A stretch of 64,000 bases of DNA from Saccostrea echinata (taxonomy: Eukaryota): assembly GCF_033153115.1 (NCBI RefSeq), contig NW_026889758.1:24986001-25050000 (forward strand). Direction: 5' to 3'. The translations under genes were made by a program, and so were the position numbers. Positions 50,821-62,660 of this stretch are shown piece after piece (positions within the stretch are counted from its first letter, which is position 1; every line of letters starts with the position of its first letter). Under the pieces are notes generated by a model. It saw only the letters and a list, made by a program, of their open reading frames with translations, was not told where the DNA came from and did no database searches.

Positions 50821-53500
50821 ATGCTCCGTTTGGTTGCCCTCAGCGTTCTTCTGTGTGTTGTAACGGCACAACTTCCAAGGCCATGTGGTAAGACTCGCAC
50901 TTCATAGCAACAAAAATAATCATAAGACCGAAAAAATCATATATTTTTTCTTTAATGCATAAGTTTTCAAGAGGGTATTTTTCCAATTATATTACATGTA
51001 TAACCATAAATGTATTTTGAGCATCCTTTGTACTTGAAATAGATTCAATATACAAGCACATGTATGCACCATATATAGATTTCCGTGTTTCATAAAGACT
51101 CAAAATAGTCAGATCAGAAAGTTAAAAGCAAGTCAAGAATTATCATTCGCCACGAAGTTATTTGTTAAGATATAAGTATATGATGACCATTCTACTTTTA
51201 GCATTATTTACTATTATTTTTAACTTATTATAATTTATCTAAGAAGGACTTTATTAGTATTTAACCTTTCTAAATTCTCACCGTTATCATTTGTAAGACC
51301 AACATAGAGATCACGTGATTGTCAATCTTTATCTTCCGATAAATTCGGTCACAGTCACTATTATAATTTATATCTTTCACAACAATCTAAAACTTTTTTA
51401 TTCCAGAATCACCGAAGCAATGGGAGGGGAGAGTGATAACGGTACGCCACACAACATATATACAATTATATATGCATTATCTACTTACATATACATCCAA
51501 ACTTGCTATGATCTCATACTATTGACATCTATCTACTATAGGTGGACAGGAAGGAGAATTTCTTCAGGGCGGGTCGCATCAGTTATGACGAGTACGCACC
51601 TCGATTCCGAATCATCGAGGAGGAGTCTAAAGACAGAGACGTGTCTTACTATGATGTTCTCTACTTACACAATGTGGTATGAGCTCTGTATAGTAATTAT
51701 TTGATGTACAGTAACACATGTAATACGTCTTTATAACTCAGTCATTTGTGGCATGACCTCTCTATAACTTAATCATTTGTGGCATGACCTATCTATAACT
51801 CAGTCATCTGTGGCATGGCCTCTCTGTAACTTAATCATTTGTGGTATGATATCTGTATTGTAATAATTTGTGGCATGATCTCTCTGTAACTCAATCATTT
51901 GTGGCATGACTTCTGTGCTGTAATAATTTGTGGCATGACCTCTCTATAACTTAAAATCATTTGTGGCATGAACTCTCTATAACTCAATCATTTGTGGCAT
52001 GACCTCTCTATAACTCAATCATTTATGACATGGCCTCTCTATATCTCATTCATTTTTGGCATGGCCTCTATATTGTAATAATTTGTGGCATGCTCTCTCT
52101 ATTATCATTTAAAATAATTCATTTTCTGTCTGCACATTACGTGTGGTAAGATACCCCTACATGCTTCGTGTAAGGTAGATTTATTCTATCTAAGACATAC
52201 ATTCAATGTTATTTAACGCGGTACTTATGCATACTTTTGTAAATTTGGAATTTACTGGGGAGGGATAATTACAAATATGAACATCATAACAATTTTTCAT
52301 GTTGTAAATTTGTTACCTCACCGAGTAAATTAAATTTTACAACATAATGCATGTCGATACACTTCCTCGAAGCTGTCTAGTATAACAAGTTTCAACTTTG
52401 GATTTTGTTTGTGAAAAACAAGAAGGCTTGAGACGTAACGTCTCTCATACCCTTATTTATTACTAGCCTTATTCCTGACTGTTTTGGTATGTTACAAATT
52501 GTGACTTCAGAATGCATTAAATATAAAGTGTTTTTTTTTTCAAGAATTTGCATTAAATATAAAGTTTTCAAAAAAAAATTCTGTTGGGAAATCATGCCAT
52601 TACTTTGGGGACGAAATGGTAATACATGTAATAGAAATCCAAATCCATATTAACATAGCTTGTCTTTTTCTATGGACTTGCACATATGAACTTAAACATG
52701 GTCATAATGGCAAATGTGCCTTGAGCTTGCCAGACATGAATGGTTTTGAATAACTTCTGCACACAGAAACAAGATCGTATAGTTCTTATCTTTAGATAAT
52801 TTTACTGAATTTTTGTTGTATAGATGTATCAACAAAGAACATTTTTTCTACTGTACAGATCTTAACTATTATTATTTTTTTTTTTTTTAGAAAAAAATCA
52901 TTCAGTTCAACTTGTTTTGTAATCACTTCCTTGAATTTAAATTAATCATCAATCTTTTGGAAAAATAACTATATACTTTGATACATTTTTCCTTTCTAGT
53001 TTTTATGAATAAAAAATTCCGAAATACATGTATCCTCAAATATCAATATTTGAATTCTCCAGGGTAAAGAATACCGTCTTAATCTGAAAACTAGACAGTG
53101 CAACGTGACAGCTCTGACACGCCCCTTCCGTCCTTTCGGAGTACCTCCATTTGCAAACTTCACCGGTGAGGCTACCATCGGGGCTGCTGGTATTCCCGGG
53201 GAAAATGCTGTCATCGAGAACTTTAATGGTCAGTTCGAAGATGGAACTAGATTCTTTGGAGATGTTACCTACCCAGATTGTATTCCTGTATCCAATGGAG
53301 CAATTTCCAACGAATTTGGATTCGTTATGAATACGTAAGTATCTCTCTTTTATTTCCTCACCATACATTCCTGCCTCCTTTTACCTATTTTATTTCCTTT
53401 AATTTTTGTGCTCATTTTCTATTTTAGATTTTTCGATATCAATATTGGAATTACAGACCCCATGGTTTTCATTCCACCAAAGGAGTGCGCCGGAAGATGA
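50821..53500 (+). CDS. Ependymin-related protein, copy 1, ~193 aa. Exons 50821-50887, 51407-51441, 51542-51676, 53063-53334, 53428-53500
   Basis: Signal peptide MLRLVALSVLLCVVTA, then PRPCESPKQWEGR, ISYDE..RFRIIEE, LNLKTRQC, PFRPFGVP, VTYPDCIPVS, FFDINIGITDPMVFIPPKEC. This is the four-cysteine ependymin pattern. Confidence 0.92.
51735..52102. repeat. ~28-33-bp minisatellite (~12 units) resembling the exon-3 donor junction of ependymin-related copy 1
   Basis: Units TTTGTGGCATGACCTCTCTATAACTCAATCA and TTTGTGGTATGATATCTGTATTGTAATAA, compared with the real junction AATGTG|GTATGAGCTCTGTATAGTAATTATTT. Confidence 0.88.
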
Positions 53501-53755
53501 TCTGAAATATTTTTTTTTTTTATAAAATTCAATCCATTGTAATTTTTTTTATACATTTTTGAAATAACAAAGCTTAATACACATATTCGTCATTGTGTTA
53601 TTATTTATACCTTTTGTACATATAATCACTAAAAATGGTTCATCATCAATTTAATATATCATCATTACACTCAATATTCAACAAGAATCTCAAAAATGGG
53701 CGATTTTGCTGTATTAAATAAAGTGCCCTAGACAAAAATGAAAACAAACCATAAT

Positions 53756-55444
53756 CTATAATGGTGGAGTCAGTTCATATTGGAATAATAGAAAGTCAAG
53801 CTGGTATAATTTCTGAACTCTATCTATCGTGGATTTCCTTATTCCTTTGTATGCTTCAGTCAGGGCCCTCCTCCGCTGCGCTCTTCTCTCCTCTGATGTT
53901 GGTCTATTTTTTGTAACATACTCTACAAAATCATTGACGATGACTTTCATATCCGGGTTTTTTGTCAACACAGACGAAAATGCATTTGTTGGAAATGGCA
54001 GATCGTGTTTCAGTTCTCCCTGATATTTTAATGCTGTCCATATCTTTAACAAGTATTCTTTTAATATGGGACACTCTACTCTATGCTTATTCCAATGTGA
54101 CAAATATGTATTTAATACTCCAAATAGATCTGCTTTATATTTAGTCACATTCAAAATAATATCCTTTGTGGATCTAGACACCTGCGAATGATTAAATATA
54201 AAGTGTAAATCTTCTGTTAGGGTTTCGATTTTGCTTATGACGTCGTATCTCACATCACATGGCCGGCATAGAAGATAAACTGGTGCCCAGTGTCTATTTA
54301 TATTATACCCGTTTGATGCTTGACTGACAACATAATCTAGAAACTCCTGGAAGGTCACATTGTATCCACATACTGACTTTGGTTTTCCATTTTGCATTGA
54401 AATAATCCTTGAAATTTTAAACTTATCCATCAAATATATCTTGTCAATATACGCCGAAAACAGTCTGGAATAGGGATTCCTGGACATAATGACAGAGCTA
54501 GTGCTGTTTCCAACAGTAGGCATCGAGGAAAAGAATGGCTTATATCCATGAAGTTTGTTTCTACTCTCTTCCACTATTTTATTAATCATGTATGAATTTT
54601 GTTGAGGTTCAGTTCTCAGAATCATAAAAATTTGCGTCCACAAGGAACTCCCAGCTTTCGGAACTTTGCAGTAAGAAAGTTTGGCCTTTTTATCGATGTA
54701 ATACCTCTCTGTTACCTGAGAAAAATTGAAACTGTATTGTTCCAATGTAAAATTCACTCCACATAAAGCACGTAATTTATTTTTTCTCTTCTTCATTTCT
54801 CCACTTTTTGATGACAACAAATTTGACATTTCCGGGGAAACTTTCTCATTACGTTCATGAAGAGACTTTGAAAAATTATTCCATTCTGTCCAATGTTTTG
54901 CTGAAAATTTGAACTTCTGAGTAAGATTTTGAAGACACTCAATAAGAAAACATTCTCTTTACTGTTTATACTTGAAATATTAGAGTTCTAAATGTAAATT
55001 ACTAGAACAGAAAACATTTTGTTTCACACGAGAAGAACTTAGTGGACTTCTGCATTATATATTTTTAGCAAAACAAGTGATTGGTTAGAACAATATCTTA
55101 ACATCTCACGCTACACAGTTCGTTATGAACTTACGAGTATTCTAGCCAGTTTAGGAAATTCATTTCTGTAAAGTTAAATTATTGCTGATCTTAACAACAA
55201 CAAAACACATCCTTCATCACAAACTTCGCTATAAACATGTATATCCAATGGGAGAACAAGTTTTCCCGGCAGTTGACAGTTTGTTAAAATTAAGGAAGTA
55301 AATATATTCCCCCATAACAAAGTACCAAGAGTATATGAATTGAGATAACTCACCAAAACATTCTGCCATATTCAAAATATTGCATAAGTAAAGGATGCCA
55401 AAAACAGCTATTAGAAAAACACCATATTTAATTCTGGTCGTCAT
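53756..55444 (-). CDS. Golgi carbohydrate sulfotransferase (Sulfotransfer_2 / CHST8-14 / HNK-1ST-like), ~411 aa. Exons 55444-55354, 54900-53756
   Basis: Type II anchor MTTRIKYGVFLIAVFGILYL; 5'-PSB motif YCKVPKAGSSLW; 3'-PB motif SRNPYSRLFSAY; TFQEF; NRHWAP..LCRPC..YD..KIETL; LYQLDFLLFQY. A specific orthologue cannot be assigned. Confidence 0.92.
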
Positions 55445-56194
55445 ATCCCAGTGGTCAATACTTAGATACAGATTGATAAAAATTTTCTTTTTCTTTTATG
55501 GTTATTATAACAAAGCAAATCCGCTTTTGAGAAATGCGTGAATGATCGTTGAGGATTTACAGCTTCTGTACAATATCTCTTCTGCGGACACAGCTGCGGA
55601 TTGATATTAACAGCAATGGTTCATCAGGAGAAATCTAGGATATGCCACGTTTAAACAACTGATGTTGTTCAATATTTAAATTTCAAACACAATTTTAAAT
55701 GAAATCACTTATATTACTTAGATGGTCATTGACTTTTTGTTTAATAATCCTGATTTTAACTCTTACAAAGCAGAGAGATGGTCCAAAAATCTCCCATTAA
55801 TAATTTTAGAAGAGACTTTACGTGATTTTTTTTTTCTTGTTTTCTTCTCTGATAGAGCCTTGTTCATTTTTTTCCCTAATGTTTTAGAATTTGGAAAAGT
55901 AAACATCACAGGTTTTGTAAGAACAAGACAATTATTGATGTGCATATTTTTTATTCATGAGGAACTGCACATGTACATGTATACATACGCTTTGTTACTG
56001 AGGTCAAAATCAATCTTATGGAAAGAACTATAAAGGAATATCAGCAAACGACTAGAAAGAAAAGATAAACTAAAAGAGGAAATAGTTTATATGCAAATTT
56101 ATCATAATTCTCATATTTTTGAATAGAATTCCCAGTTCAAAAAAAAAAAAAGAAACAAAAAGAAACAAATTTTAGAGATAAATACTTTTATATG

Positions 56195-56238
56195 TGCTAT
56201 ATAAGAACTTGATAACCTATCATGATGTTCTATTTAAG
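56195..56238 (+). promoter_or_regulatory. Putative core promoter of ependymin-related copy 2
   Basis: TGATAA/CTATCA, then GTTCTATTTAAG ~63 nt before the ATG. Confidence 0.55.
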
Positions 56239-56300
56239 TAACTATGCACTCGCGTAACACACATATAATATTGTAAGTCGCCACGCGTCGTCTTTTCGCC

Positions 56301-58248
56301 ATGTTCCTTCTTGTTACCATCAACGTTCTTTTGTGTGTTGCTTCTGCGCAGCTTCCCAGACCATGTGGTAAGACTTAAAATCACGAGAAAATGCAGCAGA
56401 AATACTTTCAGATAAATTTAATTGTTCATAATCACACAATAAGTGTATAGTGCCATTTATAAAAGTGAAATGTGTAGATAACGAAAACAGTGATCATTCT
56501 CAAAAGTCCATTTGAACAATACAAATTACGATAAGAGCCAACATGATTGCAAATTTTCAAGAAGCATGCTGCTTTATCGCTGTCCTTAAATTAAAATAAA
56601 GGAGATGGGCGAACATAGCGTGCAGAAAGCCTATAGCTTCAGATATGTAAAAATCATTTTCAGTTTGTGAATTTAGTATTTAGAGTAAAGTTCTCATTAT
56701 TGAAATTTATGAAATTATGATAAACAAAACTTTTCTGAGGAAAATTTTCTCGGCAAAATTTATTCTTTTATTAAAAAATTTAATCTGGTATTCGTGGGTT
56801 CGAACCCTAGCAATAAAAATCCTAAGTATTATTTTCTTTCGAGACTAGCACGCTAACCACTAGACTACACAAGTCCTGATGAATAGTGGCATTTAAATCA
56901 TGTTTGTGATATGACCCTTGACTTAATGGACTTCAAGTATTTCTCGAAAAGATGCGAATGTTATGTCATAGAAGTATATTTTTAAGGTATAGTGGGTCAT
57001 TGCTCCATATTTTTGGTAACCAAAAAATGTATATTTTTATGCAAACTTTGAGGATTAACTTTCAAAAAGGTGGAGCGAAGACCCACTCATATCGAAAAAT
57101 AGTATTATAATATGAGAAAATGACTCTTTTTGCCCGCTTTAGTGTGTGTCTAATATTTCACAGGCAAATAATTTCAATCTTTGAAGGATTTTTGCAAATT
57201 ACAGAGATTTTACATAAAGTATAATTTAATGTTAGACGAAATATCAAGGAAAAGTTTGATATGATTGAAATTTAATTTTTCGTCTTCATGTTTGTCACAC
57301 TATAGGCTTATCGCTCGTCATGTTCACCATCTCCTTTTATTTATACAACTTTTTAACAAAACCTTTGATTTCAGATTCGCCAAAACAGTGGGAAGGGAGA
57401 ATAATTACGGTCGGTTCTCCTACATAATTAAAAAATTCTGAGTGCTTTTTATTCTTCCTGTTTTATTAATCTATAGCCTTTCGTCTACAACTATTTTTAA
57501 TCAGGTTGATAGAAAGGAGAATTACTTTAGAAGAGGTCGAATTAGTTATGACGAACCCTCCTCTCGCTGGAGAATTGTCGAAGAGGAAACAGAAGGGAGA
57601 CAAGTTGACTATTATGATATTCTTTACCTTCACAATGTGGTATGTCACCTCTAGACTTAACGTTAATAAGAACTCAGTTTCACAGTACTCAATATTCTAA
57701 ATGTATATTAAGTTAAAAATGACTTATAACTCTTCATTTGCCAATACTGTCATTTCTTCCGTACAGGAGTTTTAGGAGTTTTATAAATGTTGTCGAAACA
57801 TTTTCAGGGAAAGGAATATCGACTGAATCTGAAAACAAGACAATGCAATGTGACAACTATAACTCACACCTTTCGTCCCTATGGGGTTCCCCGTGAGGCT
57901 AACTTCACCGGTGAGGCTACCATCGGGGCTGCTGGTATTCCCGGAGAAAATGTGGCTATCCTGAATTTTGCTGGACAATACCAAGATGGAACCAAATTCT
58001 TTGGTGACGTCACATCCCCAGATTGTATTCCTGTTTCAAATGGGGAGTTTAATGACGAATCCGGTTTCGTTCTGAATACGTATGTGATCTCTCTTTCTCT
58101 CTCTCCTAATCTCTCTCTCTCTCATCAAAAAGTGATAAATTTATCTTCTTTTCTCAGGTTATTCGATATCAGTGTTGGAATAAGTGATCCGATGGTTTTC
58201 GTCCCTCCAAGGGAGTGCGCAGGAAAAGTTTTGAAACATAATGTATAA
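56301..58248 (+). CDS. Ependymin-related protein, copy 2, ~199 aa. Exons 56301-56367, 57375-57409, 57505-57639, 57808-58079, 58158-58248
   Basis: Exons 1-4 have the same sizes as in copy 1 (67/35/135/272 nt). Motifs PRPCDSPKQWEGR, RQCNV, SPDCIPVS, GISDPMVFVPPREC. Confidence 0.92.
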
Positions 58249-58585
58249 AACATACAAGTACTGAATGAGCTAGTTTTTTTTTTTTTTTGTTAAGTAAAAC
58301 ATGTCTAACGCACATGACAATGAAACCAAGAGCCATTCTTCTAACTTAGTAGTAATTTTTGTTAATACATCAGAGGAACATTTATCATAGGAACCGAATC
58401 GGGAGGGACATCGATCACATATACTGGTAGCAGTCGTTCATGGCATCTATTTTCTTCACTAAACCGTTTACATGTATAGACTTTACATACTGATTACATG
58501 TATAGATGATTTGAAATTCAGTAATCCATGTAAATAAAGGAGTTTATCTTCTCTCGGTATATACTTTAATGATAAAGTAATAATA

Positions 58586-59101
58586 AACAAGATGTGTTTG
58601 TGAAACACTGATGCCCCCGTATGGCAGCTTATAGCAAAGGTTAAACTTTCTCAAATGCAAATCAAACATGTTGGTACCCAAAGTAAGGTCTTGTCTCGAG
58701 GAATATACCTGTGAAATATGAAAGTCCTAGCAGCAACCATTGAATAGATATGGAAAAGGTTGAAGTTTTTCAAAAGTAATTCAAACATCAAGGTCAAATG
58801 GTCAAAATTAATGGTGCCTAAGGAAAGGCCTTCTCACAAGAAATATACAGGTGAAATATGAAAGCTGAAGCACCAATCGTTCAAAAGATATGATCAAGGT
58901 TAAAGTGTTTCAAAAGTAGGTCAAACTCCAAGGTCAATGGATTACAATTGTTGGTATCCAAATGAAGGTCTTGTAACAAGGAAAAAACATGTTAAATATG
59001 AAAGCCCTAGCAACAACTTTTCAAAAGTTGTGTCCTAGGTTAAAGTTTTCGAAAAGTAGGTCAAAGTCCAAGGTCAAGGTCAAAGGGTCAAAGTTGTTGG
59101 T
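58586..59101 (+). mobile_element. pearl/HINE-type element, family B, 3'-truncated copy 6
   Basis: Family B 5' end and ~4 units, ending abruptly mid-unit. Confidence 0.85.
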
Positions 59102-59219
59102 CCACACCCTTCAAGAGCGTAGTATCGATGCTTGAGGCTTATGTCTCTCAGACATTTAAAACAAAAATGGAATAATAAGTACCGGTTTGTTGCCCTGAAC
59201 AAATTGTTAATCAAAGAAC

Positions 59220-60563
59220 CAGTTTCAACAATCTGTTGGAATTCCCATGGGTACCAACTGCGCCCCGTTGTTAGCAGACCTATTTTTGTATTCATATGAA
59301 GCAGAGTTTATTCAAAATCTTATACATGAGAAAAAGAAATCTCTTGCTGTGGCCTTCAACTCGACATTTACATATATCAACGACGTAATATCAGTTAAGG
59401 TATTCAATGTATAATGAAGGGATTTTGAACAATTTTGAATGATTTTAAACTAGTTAAAAATGCAATGCTAGATAACAATAAAAGTGAAATGAACCAAATT
59501 CACAAGACTGATAACATGTAAGAACCCGGTCATTTTGCTCCTTAAAAGTTTTTGAAGAGTTATCTGCCCTTGATGGAAAAGAGAAAATTTTTAATTTGTC
59601 GAAATGTCTGCGGTAAATGTTTCATTTTATTTCATAGTTAAATAAAGAGAGAGTTTATGCATATTTTCACCAAGAGATTTGATTCAAATTCAAATTGCTA
59701 TTTACAATATCTTTAAAAAACATGCGCTACCCGTAGACTTCAATGTTAAATTCAATTGGACAATAATCAAAATTTGGCAAATTCCTCTGGTGGAGCATTT
59801 TTATTTAATAACACCTTCATATTGCTACCATAATCAAAAACCATGGACCATTCATTAATTAGGTACAAAATATGGTCGTTATACATTGAATACCTTAACA
59901 ATAGTTATTTCCATTCATATGTCGACACGATATATTCCAATGAGCTTGAAATAAAAGATACCACAGAGTCTGACTCATCTGTATCATATTTGGTTTACTA
60001 AAAAAAGACGTAAATGGTAACCCAACAACCAAGCTTTATGATAAACTTGATGACTTCAACTTTTAAATCGTCAACTTCCCTTACTTATGTAGCAATATAC
60101 CCTAATCATCTGCATATGGGGTTTTTGTCTCTCAGTTGATTCGATACGCAAGAGCATGCTCTACGTACGAACAATGTTTAAAACGAGGCAAGCTGTTGAC
60201 AAACAAATTGATGAAACAAGAATTTCAACAGTCTCGTTTAAAGCCAGCATTTTGCAAGTTCTATGATCTATGATCGAAACAATGACCTTGTCAGCAAATA
60301 CAGTCCATCATTTAGTCGACTGCCTGATGGTTTTCATACTAATTGTTAGGCCATTATTCACATACTGATTTTTCTACGAATTTTTCACGATCATGACAAG
60401 GAGCACACGACGGGTGTAACCAGTCGGCAGGGGATGCTCAATCCTCCATGGCACTTGATCCTACCTCTGATGTTTTAGAGGTCCGTGTTTGCTCTGCTCC
60501 TGATTTTGTTTTGTTTGAATGGACTTTGGAGCTTGAATACTGTTCGTTATCTCCATATTTCAG
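59220..60563 (+). mobile_element. Decayed Penelope-like retroelement (RT fragment plus 3' region)
   Basis: FQQSVGIPMGTNCAPLLADLFLYSYEAEFIQ..TFTYINDVISV|NNSYFHSYVDTIYSNELEIKDTTES..KLYDKLDDFNF*IVNFPYLCSNIP*SSAYGVFVSQLIRYARACS, with stops and frameshifts. Confidence 0.85.
59399..59894. mobile_element. TTAA-TSD MITE (Kolobok-like, GG..CC ends) inserted in the RT
   Basis: TTAA|GGTATTCAATGTATAA ... TTATACATTGAATACC|TTAA. Removing it restores the reading frame ..ISVNNSY... Confidence 0.9.
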
Positions 60564-60564
60564 T

Positions 60565-60954
60565 TTAAAGGTCTTCTTCTTTAGAACAGAAAACCATGAT
60601 TAGTCATCATGATATGGATGCATCCTCAGGTAGTTTAGATTCAAGTTTGTTCAAATCATGACGACCGGGGATAGGGTGGGTTACAATGGTGGATCAATGT
60701 TTTACATAGAAATATCTAGGAAAAAATCTTTAAAAATCTTCTTCTCAAGAACAGCAAAGCTATGGTTAGTCATATTGATATGGAATCATCCTCAGTAAGT
60801 GTAGATTCAAGTTTGCTCAAATCATGACCCCCAGGGGGTAGGTGGGCCACAGATAGGGATCAATTTTTTACATAATATATAGGAAAAAAATCTGTTGAAG
60901 AAGAACAGGGCCATATTCACTCAGGTAAGCGTTGTGACGCGTGGGCCTCTTATT
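60565..60954 (-). mobile_element. pearl/HINE-type element, family A, truncated
   Basis: Reverse complement of the 340-1295 start (..CAGGTAAGCGTTGTGACGCGTGGGCCTCTTATT) and of its internal units. Confidence 0.8.
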
Positions 60955-60989
60955 TTGCATGCAGTCCATTGTACAAAACAATAATTATA

Positions 60990-62660
60990 ATTCCCCAAAA
61001 CAATTTAAATGTTACTCTTACAACTTTCAGGGTATATGTGAAAAAGAGAGTTGTAGATTTTTGCAAATTTCTGTGAAATGCAATGGATCACATCCTTCTT
61101 TGAATTGTAGATCTTTCAAGAATTACGATGTCAAACAATCCCCCAGTCTAGGTTCCGCCCAAGATTTCCACAGCGAGCAATGCGACCTACACAAACAATT
61201 ATGGAAGTTGATTCATTATTATTATTAAACATTTATAGAGCGCCCTATATATTAAACTCTAAGGCGCTGTACAAGCATGTTATATAAAACAATAAAATTT
61301 AAAAATTTACAGCAATCATATATGAAATTATAAGATAAATATATAAATTTCAGTGTCCACACTATCCATAAAGTACTAAATATAAGATAAATAGGATAAA
61401 TATTCAAAATGCAGTCTCGAGTCTGAGTCATACTCGAATTAAAATTACTGTAAACCCTTTTTTATTCGCGAGAACTTTATTTTCGCGTTATTACGCGAAA
61501 CAGTGTGCTCGCAAAAATTTCATTCTCGTGTATTAGTATTCCTAAAGATTATATAGAGCAATAACCACAATTCGTGAATATTTACGTATCGCTAATAAAG
61601 AGTCAAAGACTATCTCGCGAAAATAAGGTGTCGCGAAAATTTAGTGATCTACAGTAACAATCTTCACAAATTATAAATAAATTATCCTTACAGGGAAGTA
61701 ACCAACATATAAGCAAAGAGTTTTCAGAAAGAGATTTTGCTAAATTATCAGGGCCCTAGAATTTGGGTTGAATATAGAAAAATAGGGTCTGCAATTCACC
61801 AGTATGGTGAACAAGAAGAAAAGATTCAGATGGAAGTTTGCTCATGTAGGGTTTTAGGTCCCCCCCCCCCCCAATATCAAATATAAGATGTAATCCACTA
61901 GGATTATCACCTAAAGAACAAGGTGCATGGCGCATGATTACCAACCGGTCCCATCCCTATGGTGATAGTGTTAATGATTACAAAGACCAGCAAGCATGTA
62001 CTGTCAGCTATGCTTCATTTGGTGATGCAATTAAAACCAAAGGAAAAGGAGCCCTTATGACAATGATATATATTTCTAGGTGCATTTAGGCTTTAACCAA
62101 TAAGTCTGCAGGAATTTGTCTGCTAAGGTATTTAAACTATGTTGACAAGTGTTTGCCAATGGGATGTTCAGTATCTTTTTTACATTGGGAATTGAAACAG
62201 AGGTTACAAAAGGATGGGACTGTACATTACTTAAATGATTTCTTATTTGCTGGATCAGCTAACTCTAGTGAATGCACAGAATTAATGCATCAATTTCAAG
62301 AACTTAATTAATTTTTAGGAGTCCCAGAAGAAACAAAAATGTCATTGTACAAGATTGTCATTTTAATGGTAGATATAGATTCTGTGCAAGGTACACATTC
62401 TTCCCCAAAAGAAAACGTTGATGAATTGATGGCTAAGATTAAGTATTTACTGTGTTGTCAAAAAGTAACAAAGAAAGAATTGTAATAACTTATTGGTTAA
62501 CCTGCATTAAATGTAAAATCATTACCGGCTGGTAAGGCATTTTGTAGGAGAATGTACAGTCACTTACAAGGTGTTAATAGATATATTCATTTGATAAGAA
62601 TATCCAATGATATTTAGATCCCTTTTAAATATATGTAGTTTGAATTTTTATATATGTTCA
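60990..62660 (+). mobile_element. Decayed DIRS/Ngaro-like (tyrosine-recombinase) retrotransposon: gag Cys/His motif plus RT
   Basis: CYSYNFQGICEKESCRF..KCNGSHPSLNC; CNPLGLSPKEQGAWRMITNRSHPYGDSVND..CTVSYASFGDAI; YVDKCLPMGCSVS; VHYLNDFLFAG; many stops and frameshifts. Confidence 0.78.
61448..61654. mobile_element. TA-TSD MITE with TTCGCG repeats, nested in the DIRS-like relic
   Basis: TA|CTGTAAACCC..TTCGCGA ... TCGCGAAAATTTAGTGATCTACAG|TA. Confidence 0.75.
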
